A stretch of 62,110 bases of DNA, filler included, from Choristocarpus tenellus KU-1152 (lineage: Eukaryota > Protista > Phaeophyceae), in the NCBI GenBank assembly GCA_964200185.2. It is 8 parts of 8 records of this genome, joined end to end, with 100 filler letters (N's around TTAATTAATTAA, not from the genome) between each part and the next. Parts side by side here need not be neighbours in the genome. Positions count along the whole stretch, not along the records: positions 53,133 to 56,082 come from CAXNAD020023428.1; positions 56,183 to 62,110 come from CAXNAD020009388.1; 6 more parts are not named here. The stretch is one strand, 5' to 3'. Numbering within the stretch: the stretch's first letter is position 1; each line of letters opens with the position of its first letter. The notes under the pieces are model-generated. The model saw nothing but the letters and a program-made list of their open reading frames with translations, did not search any database and was not told the DNA's origin. The position numbers and the translations under genes are program-made. This document shows positions 53,133 through 62,110 of this stretch, piece by piece.

Positions 53133-55487
53133 GTGGCATTGAAGTGTTTGCCATGCGATAAGGTTTCGTCACGTACGTAGGGGTTATTCTGGCGTTGGTT
53201 AAAGATCTTGTGGTGTACCGCAGCACGTTTGTTTTTTCATGTGGGGAAGGAGGACGTTACGACGTACCGACGCTCACACACAAAGTCTTGGGGTGTCGTG
53301 ATTTCTGTTTTGTGGTGTGGGTAACCGCGTGCACTGTGTTGAGTCAAAGTATCATACAGGGTACGACCGCGTCCAAATGGGGGTCGAAATCGAATGTTGC
53401 GATTTTGATGTAGTTTTGGCTATTGTGTTTGTTAGGAAGTGTCAATATCCTTGCTCCGTATACACCTTTTCATAACGTATACATTTTACCTATTCCGAAA
53501 CATTTCGGAGTAGGAAAATGTAATTAAGAAACCCGTGGGAAGTCAAGCCCAAACGGACAAACAGGGCAAAACTAGTACCCTCTAAGATACTTTCACTCTG
53601 TTAGCAACATGTAAACATCGACAAGGAAACATCACTACAACAATCGCACGCCCGAGATCTATCCATAGGGAACCAAGGCAGACAACAAGTTGGAAAGCAA
53701 TGGGAAAAAAGCCAGCACACCCTTCTTACCTTCCACTTGCTCTCCTTGTAGGCTTGGCTGAGGGAGGTCTCCATCTTCACTTTCACCTCGTCCTTTGACG
53801 CCGCGTTGGACACGAACACCTCCACCCTCCTGCTCCGTACAAGGGCCGCCTCCACTACGTTGTGCCTCTCTGCGCTGAAGGAGACGACGGTGTCCTCAGC
53901 ATTCGTGTACCTATCATAGGAGGGCAGTTCGTCAGTTATCCCGAGGAGTACATTGTATTGCGCACGGGTTCATCATATCACGATGTATGAGTAACGTATC
54001 GATACAGGGCAACACACTCTTGGTGCGGTTTGACGCTTAACGTACTGATTCAGGGAAACACACTCGTGGTATAGTTTGACGCCCCTGAACCGTCACCCAG
54101 CTTGTTGTGTTACTGTTTAACGATGTTCTACACCTATACAATAAACGTCGCTGCTCCCGTGAAAAAGGGTGTGCGCGATGTAATTAACGAACCTGTTAAC
54201 GAGGAAGTGGAGGGCCCTCTTGGGGATGTCCGTTGCAGCACCTTGGTACTCGACGTCACACATGGTTTGGAGTACCGGAGGAGATGCATCACTCCCGTGG
54301 CCAAAGATGTCGTCGACAGTGACTCACTTGTTGCATGTGAACTCTGTCCCATCGTTGTGCGTGAGAAGAACCATGTCCTGACAACATCTGAGATGGTTAT
54401 CAGTGCCTGCGAGAGGGCGCCCCCCGCCCCTCGTCTTGTATATTATAAGCAGGGGATGGTCCTCCACAACCAAGCCCACCTTGGACGCCATAAGAGCCCC
54501 TGAAAGAAGAGAAGGCGGGAGCGAGCGCGTGGGTACAGCAAGCGTCAAACTTGACAGTGACATCACACAAGTAGTTACCGTAGGGATTCATGAAGTCTCA
54601 TACCACTAACATTATAAAAGTACAAGGTGTGTGGAACGCAAGGCAAATAACAAATGCAAAAAATGCAAACAATAGGAAATTCTGTAATAGAAGGCAAGAC
54701 GGCAAAAATAATGTAGTGAAGACAAGTAACACCAGTATGCGATTCCCGTACAATGAAACAAAGAACTACGAAGGACCCGGAGGAAAGAGCAAGAGATACA
54801 AAAGGAAATAGAAGGTACGAAGAACATGAAACAACATGGGGAAAGTGAAAAAGAAAGACACACGACAAAATTCGCATCTCCAGAACGGCCGCACAATATT
54901 CGATGGGCACACGGACGGACTGATAACGGCAATGGCGGATTGCAATAGTCTCCCGCAATATACCCCGTATTTCAGTGCTGGCGAACTCTGCAACTCACCG
55001 TTTAGGTGGTGTAATTGCGCAGCCCACGGGTGGGGCACAAATAGCGCGATGGTGCCCTGAGGATGTATCTTCACCTGCAAGCACTTAACCACCGGGTGCA
55101 AGTGTGTGTTGGTCGCCTCTTCGTCGTTGACGAGTCTTGGCTCAGCGGCAATGGACACTATGGCAATCTTTGGCACATTGCGGAAGGCGAACTCTTTCAG
55201 GCAGTTTAAGGGTACCGTAGGGTCGAGAGGGCGAAGGTCGTGTAGTGCAGTGTTCTCGGTCCTGGTTGGACATCATGACACACGACACAGTAGACAGACA
55301 GCACGACAAGAAGGACAGCGTCGTAAGCAACGTTGCAGGCAATCGTATCATTAAGTGAGGTCCTGACAATATTTCCACGGCATCCCAAAAATGTCAAGCC
55401 GTACCCTCCACAACACCATACCCATCAGATACATCTCGTGGAAGGAGGGTAGACGTCAAAACACCAAGTTCCATGGCCCATGGAAAC
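53133..55487 (-). CDS. Spliced gene or pseudogene for a degenerate beta-class N6-A/N4-C DNA methyltransferase-like protein, partial
   Basis: Phase-compatible GT-AG exons 55487-55422, 55261-54999, 54499-54193, 53910-53730 and 53188-53133. The order of structural blocks matches the N6_N4_Mtase pattern by eye (VKCLQVKIHPQGTIALFV; LLIIYK; QDMVLLTH; IPKRALHFLVNRYTNAEDTVVSF..VVEAALVRSRRVEVF). One in-frame TGA at 54324-54326. Confidence 0.6.
53341..53598 (+). mobile_element. MITE family B copy, TSD TGTT, intronic
   Basis: Complete TIRs, with tgtt at 53337-53340 and 53599-53602. Confidence 0.9.
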
Positions 55488-55637
55488 CTCCAAAAAAACG
55501 ACACATCCAATGCACAAAGGACGAGCAATCCACATGATGTACAAGCAGCCAAGACCTATGTGCAAACCAACGCGAAACCAAACACGCAAAGACAACTTGT
55601 ATATCCGTATAATGTGCAACCACGCCGAGACCCACAT

Positions 55638-55896
55638 GAACTGAAAGTATCTTAGAGGGTACGAGTTTTCCCCTGTTTGTCCGTTTGGGGCTTGGCTTCC
55701 CACAGGTATTTTATGACATTTTACCTTCTCCGAAACATTTCAGAGTAGGTAAAATATATATGTTATGAAAAGGTGTGCCCAGAACAAGGATATTGACACT
55801 TCCTAACAACCACGATAGCCAAAATTACATCAAAATCGCAACATTGGATTTTGTCACCAAATGGACGCGGCTCTACCCTCTAAGATACTTTGACTC
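55638..55896 (-). mobile_element. MITE family B copy
   Basis: Reverse-orientation full-length copy with both TIRs. Confidence 0.88.
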
Positions 55897-57029
55897 AAAC
55901 ACTTAACAATAAGAAGACTCGAAATAACAATATCCATTTCTTCTTGTCACAACAACTCATCATACACACCATGCCTCACTCCCACCAAAGCCCGGATAAG
56001 CACAAGCAAGGGCACCTTGCAAATAATAATGTGCTATGTTCTACTTTCTGCTGGTCTACTTACTCTCCCTCACCTCCCCCCCNNNNNNNNNNNNNNNNNN
56101 NNNNNNNNNNNNNNNNNNNNNNNNNNTTAATTAATTAANNNNNNNNNNNNNNNNNNNNNNNNNNNNNNNNNNNNNNNNNNNNCATATCGAAGAGGTATCG
56201 ATGAGAGGGTTCCCTGACCCTTACCTTAGCCTTCATCTTAGCCCCAACAGCAAATTTTACAGGGGGGGTGGGGGAAGGGCACCGAGGGTCAATACATCTT
56301 ACGATTACACGCTAAGAGACAGCCTGCCATACTTTCAGAGAAAGCACAAGTGAACTTCTTGCTCCAACTCCAAGCACAGGCAACAAACAGAATGAGGGTA
56401 ACAATTTAACAATAACCACAACGAATTGCCCAAACTCCCAATCCCACAATATATCTCGAACCTCTTTTCATTATAACCTTTAAACAGGGAAACATCGCAT
56501 ATTACAGCCACCTTAATATTGACCTTTTTTACTTCGTCATCATGTGTTGACAAAAAAAGGAAGGCTCACCAAAAGTCACAGTGGGGGGATGGGATTCATA
56601 GTGCATGTGCAGTGCAAACCAAGTGATTCAGAAAGCAAAACCGCACATCATTGACAGGACCAAAAAAATTGAACCAGAGGACTATGAAGAAAGTTCGCAT
56701 AGGGCTTCAAAGTGAGGACAGCTCAACTGTGCTGCGCATATAGGTAAAGATGAGTACTCAATGTAGTTGCTTCTCTGTAAACTTACTGAACTATGCAAGA
56801 TATCCAATGGTCTCTTCCTCCCAACAAACATATGTGCCAAGTATCAAGCATGGCTCGAATAATATTCTGGTATCTATAGCCATGTTCCACTTGTTACAAG
56901 TACCTAGTTACCATGACCTACTGCATTTCAATGACAGCCAACCACGAGAATCTCATCAGCAACATGGTGAATCCTGACAACATTAAGAGGGAAGAAAGAT
57001 CCCATAAAATGTCACACCAATGAAATTAC

Positions 57030-60000
57030 CTCTGAATCCCATCAAGTCAACAAGATGTAATTTTGACCTGCACAATTTTCTGCCATGTTCATCTTGGCAT
57101 CAATAGAATACAAAAGACTCAAGACTCCTTACCCATGTAAGGACATCAATCATGATACTTACCTCAGCATTGCACCCTTGCCTCCATCCCCTACCAACAG
57201 GCTTGCCTGTCTCCGGCTCTTCATTTGCCTCTGCCAATGCACACAATACCATTACCCCTGCCCTTTGCCCTTCCCCATCATCTTCCAATGACGAAGCAAA
57301 ACGCCCATCAAGACGTTGCGGAAAATTTTGACTCTTCCCTTCCACTTCAGCCTGGAAGCAGGAACGACCTAGTCCCTGTCTAGGTCCCAATTCTGAATCC
57401 AATTCCTGCTGCTCCTGCTCCAGATCTCCAGAACTCTTTTCCGGTCCTTCCTTTACCCCCATCAAGTGCCTTGGTGGCGACATCTGAACAGTTATCTGAA
57501 GAGATTCAGGAGCATGAGACTTTTCTTTGCAAAGCACAGAAGTGTGCTCCACACGTTCAGTGGAGGATAGAGTAGGAGACTCAGTGGAGTCATGCTCATG
57601 GTGGTGGTGTAACCGGTTAGTTTCACCCTCAAAAGCAGAGGAAGATGGATGTGACACCAACATGATGCCTTGTGATTCATCTTTGCCTTTGATAGACTGC
57701 CCACATCCTTGTACCCCTACACCCTTGTCTTCTCTGGCAAGATTGCTAACTCCCCCCTGGCAATGTCCTTGCAATTCTTGTTCCGGATCCTGATCAGGGC
57801 TGCTGCTGCGGCTGCTGCAACTCTCAGTTTGATTCCTTGGTCCATACCCCTGGTCCAATGTCTCCCCTTCCTTTTCCCCCCTGTCCTGCACGTTCTCCTG
57901 TGACATACAATTCTTCTCAGCCAGGTGCCAATCCTCACTCTGCCGATTACAATCTTGACCTCTATTTGATGAGTATCCATCGCCATTGTCAGAGGCTCCA
58001 CCATCTAAAGAAACATTCTCTGTAGCAACCTGTTGAGTGCAGAGCTTCTCCTGTGCCCCCTCATCTAGCAAGGCTGTTACTGCTGCCCCAGGTGAGGGGA
58101 GTATGGAGTTGGAACGATAGGGGGGCAAGAAGGGCCATTGCTGGGGCTGGGTTTCAGGAATAGCCGCTGATATGCTGCCAGCATGATGTAGATGGTCCTC
58201 AACTGACTGTGGGACATATTGCAACAGCAGTGATTTTGGGGGGGTCTCCAGCACACAGATCTGGGTTGAAGGGGTCCAGATATCGTTTTTGAGGCAGGAG
58301 AGCATGGAAGAGGGAATACAAGGTTGGTGATGGGAGTGGGAATTTATTGCACAATTAAATCCAATTCACACAATACTTCGACGGCAAGGTCAGAGCACCA
58401 AGGACAGCTGCAAAGTTTGTACTCTTGAAAGCATTTGCAATCTCATCAATCTTGTCCCCCTTATCCCAATTGAACTCTCCTGCCAAAGGTGCATTCAATT
58501 GGACTCCTTCTCTGTTCACTTGGTGTTGCCCTCTATGATGCTCAGATGAATCTGGCAAAAGTAAAAGATCTTCAAGAGCTAGCAATTTACTACAAGTTCT
58601 TCATATTTGCACATCGATGGGAAAATAAGGCAGTACTTCAAATGAGCCACATGAGCCACAACAGACCTAGACCAACACACCCCCGTCCACAATTGACAGC
58701 CCCTCCACCAATACATCTTCCTACCTCTGGAGACAGAGTGTCTGGGAGAGAACCTGGGCTGCTTGTTCTTCCACTAGTGCTTCCACTGTCAATGCCACCT
58801 CCCTCACCCTCAACATCACCTCCACCCCCATCCACATTCCCACTGCATCTCCCTTTTTTGCTGCAGCTATCACCAGTGTTGCTGTCAACAAACTGGCTTT
58901 GTACACTTCTTGGCTCCAACTTCTCCATACCGGGCTCTGGCAAACTGTTCCTTTCTGCCTCCCCTCCCACCTCCACCCTCTTGTCAGGCCTATCATATGT
59001 GTTGTACACCAGCTCCCTTCCTTTTCCCCCTTCCTCTCTCCCAGCAGCATATTTTATGATGGTGTCTGGAGGGCATCTACTATCTCCACATTTGCTACCA
59101 GATGGATCTTCAGACTCCTTTGTCACCCAGCTCTCACTTTCAACTCTGCTTGCAAAATGCAATGGAAGATGTTCAATGTGGAATGAGACAGCATGCCAGC
59201 AACAAGGGTGTAATAAGCATATCCAAAGTCAAGACCAAGCAACAGGCAGGTAGGAGAGAGAGAAAAATAAACGAATCATGGATAGGGGGGGGGTATGGCA
59301 TTGAGCAGGCAAGTGGTACGGCAAGTGCAGGGAGAGGGCATGATGTTGAGAAGAAAATCAGAGGAGGAACAACCAGGATAACATGAGGGCACTGTTTCAG
59401 TATTTTGAGTCTATGGGGGATCAATTTTAGCACAGATACTGAGCAAATGTTGACCACGATTGCATCAGAAGCGACAAAACGGATGGAAGGATCATGAAGA
59501 CAAAAGAGCACAGCAGATCGCCAAGTGCAAGGGAGGTAAATGTATACTAGACCTTGAAGCCAGGTCCAAGGAGCACAGAACCCCTCATTATATTGTTGCT
59601 TCCAGAGACGCTTCAGCCCAGTTCCATATTGTCTCAAGCAAAAAGCATTCCTTACCTATTTTTCACATGTGAGGTGAGATTCATCTGACGTTTCCAAACA
59701 AGTGTCACTGGTTGAGGAGCAGAAGCCATCCGTGAAGGAAAGAAGAGGTCATTGAGAATACCTGTGGGGACTGCTACACCAACAGAATCCACGACAGAAA
59801 ATGCTTGGATGCCTGCCATCTGTCCTTTCATACCCCTCAACCTGTCCCCTGTACTGCTGTCATTATAGCTTCTTCCCCCTCTACTCCCAGGATCTCTGGT
59901 AGGGGTCTGGGTTGCTATTACACGATCAGAGAGAGGATAAACCGGTTCGCGGTCCAACCGTGCGAAACTAAGGGGTTCTGGGGTAGATTTAGAGGAGATA

Positions 60001-60800
60001 TGCACAGCAAGAAGGTGGTACGGGGGAGGTGGGGGCCGGAGGGGGGTCGTGTAAAGCGCCATTTCAGTAGATGCAAGCTTGGCACACGCATGCTGCATCT
60101 TGGAAGTAAAGCGAAAAACGTTTCTGTAATAGGCTGTATCCAGAAATGTGAGTCCCAAAATGATTGCTGACACTGCGTGTGGTAAACGATATCAGCAGAG
60201 AGCACAGTCTTGGTCGAAAAGAGGTCACCTCATGAACAGCCTATAAAATCATAAAGCGATGATATTCGCTTGTCCACCCTCCCGGGAGTATAGAATGAAT
60301 GGAAGCAGACCGCGCTCTGAATTTCACTCTCGACTATTTTTGATAACTGAGAGGCAATACTTGAGTGACCCTAAAAGGATGAAGAAAGTTTCGCAGATAC
60401 CTCATGGTTGTTGAGAAGGCAAAGAAATGAGAACATTTCGGATTCCCTATACTGCTGCACCTTTTCGGGATATCCCTGGTGATGATAAGCTTGAACAATA
60501 TCGTTTTCCTCCTCGACCACCAGGAGAGCGCCTCCCCCTGCCACCAGAACGCTTCCGACTAGATTGGGAGAACCCCGAAGACTCCGACGAGGATCCACCT
60601 GGGTCCATAGGTTGCGATATCTCGCCAACCGTAGGAATGGGGTTTGGAGTAGAGGCCATTGACCTGGCATTCGCTGGAGGGAGCGGGAATAGTCGTTTTT
60701 CCATGTTTGAAGGGTTGAGCTTCTGGGGAATTTTAGTAGTCGTAACACTGTCCTTTGTGCATGGTGGCGTGGTTCCCTCTCGACTGGTTGCCGTGGTATG
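57030..60800 (-). pseudogene. Large spliced low-complexity (S/G/E/Q-rich) gene, probably pseudogenised, function unknown
   Basis: Exon-like blocks about 60800-60401 (two in-frame stops near its 3' end), about 59916-59813, 59761-59656, 59145-58725, 58260-57163 (366 open codons) and 57067-57030. Several junctions are phase-compatible; the last is not. Confidence 0.5.
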
Positions 60801-61596
60801 AAAACATTAGATACATCTTTCTAGATCCCAAGACATGTTGTCCTGTTTGAGGAAGAGGGGACTATCCGACAACCACAGAACTTGTTCTTCAGCTGGGCGA
60901 AACATATTACTTACAGCAACTCCTTAACGGGATGCGAGGAAGAACCCCTACACCTCATCCATCAGACATGCTGAGATCCACCAGAAGCAAGACCTAGAGA
61001 TAACATCCACTAAACCGCCCTTGAGAATGTACCCTGTGTCCTTCAGTGTCCTAACTGTTTGTGTGTTCACTTCTGATGATAACAGAGAAGGGAGTAAGGT
61101 CAATCCAATTCAAAAAAGTTGCAGGGTTTGGTGAAACTTGGGTTGGATGTGAGGGCGCGCGAATCCTACTCAATTTTGTGAAGATACTATAATTAATTAG
61201 AATATGACATAGTGTTAGTACTATCGGTTTGCAGTATTAACACCATTCGTTCAGAACTGTAACGATGTGTAATCTACTGAAAAAAAATTATATCCCCTCC
61301 CACAACATGAAAATCAGACTGGATTCCTCTTGATGGAGAGTAAATAATGGCCTGTTGGACGTATGAAGGTGAGGAATCCAATCACAACCTAACTAGTACT
61401 ATAGGTCAAAAAGAATAGACCTTACAAAGAGATCTTCCGTCCTGTATTTGATAAATCTGATAGGCAAACACGACTTCGTATGGCATTATGTTGACACCTA
61501 CCTACTATGTATCAAGGGGGACACCAATCAATGAAAACTATCCCTCCAATTATTTGTCTACTTTTTGTCAGGGAGGGTATCCATTATCGATGGTAT

Positions 61597-61794
61597 GCAA
61601 TTTTGTACAATGGTGGAAAGAGCTTATGCTTAATCGTAATCTTACTGTTTATGTGGAAAGGGGGAACATCAATTTTGGATATATATTTTTGTGGACATGA
61701 AGCAATGAAATAGAGTGTATTGCACAGGGCAAGTGAAAGATGGTTTAGAATGCAAAACGGTCCAAACCTCCCTACCTCTCAATTGATTCGACTC
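61597..61794 (-). mobile_element. MITE family C, partial copy
   Basis: Colinear with 8630-8708 plus 9350-9466; ends in CTCTCAATTGATTCGACTC. Confidence 0.7.
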
Positions 61795-62110
61795 AAAAAC
61801 AAACGTGACAATATGCCTCACTCGCTAAGCTTAGAGTTTTAAATACTACCTCCTCAGATACATTTTTATTATTATGCCCTCTGACATTTTGGAGATCTCC
61901 TAAGATATCGTCCGATGCAGATTGTTACGCCAACTCACTAAAAGCGTGTTCTGAAAAGGTGTTAAATACTACCACCACCAGTGACATCAGCAAAGTCGTA
62001 TTATAGATCGTCAGAAAATATTATTTTATTATTATGCCCTCTGACATTTTGCAGATGTGTCAGGGGGGAAACCAATGAAAACTATATATTTGTCGTTATT
62101 AGCCCTAAAG

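Overview
Fragmented eukaryotic genomic DNA, not a single locus. Eight contigs are joined by identical artificial 100-nt linkers (44 N + TTAATTAATTAA + 44 N) at 19968, 34127, 44552, 47387, 50248, 53033 and 56083. The HSP70 sequence, TTAGGG telomere-type repeats, and short exons in kb-scale introns point to a stramenopile, most likely a brown alga (inference). Contig 1 (1-19967): mostly MITEs and a LINE relic, with possible micro-exons. Contig 2: nine internal exons of condensin I kleisin CAP-H, whose introns are saturated with short TTAGGG/CCCTAA tracts. Contig 3: a complete 6-exon cytosolic HSP70 placed head-to-head, across heat-shock elements, with a spliced gene for a secreted repeat-domain protein. 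Contigs 4-5: unidentified fragments. Contig 6: a decayed Ty1/Copia element. Contig 7: a spliced gene that, aligned by eye, follows the beta-class N6-adenine/N4-cytosine DNA methyltransferase fold but has lost both the DPPY and FxGxG motifs. Contig 8: a large low-complexity (pseudo)gene. Three MITE families share one terminal sequence (4-bp TSDs visible for one family; Sola-like), and one locus holds a three-layer nested MITE. All splice models and family calls were made by eye, without any database search.
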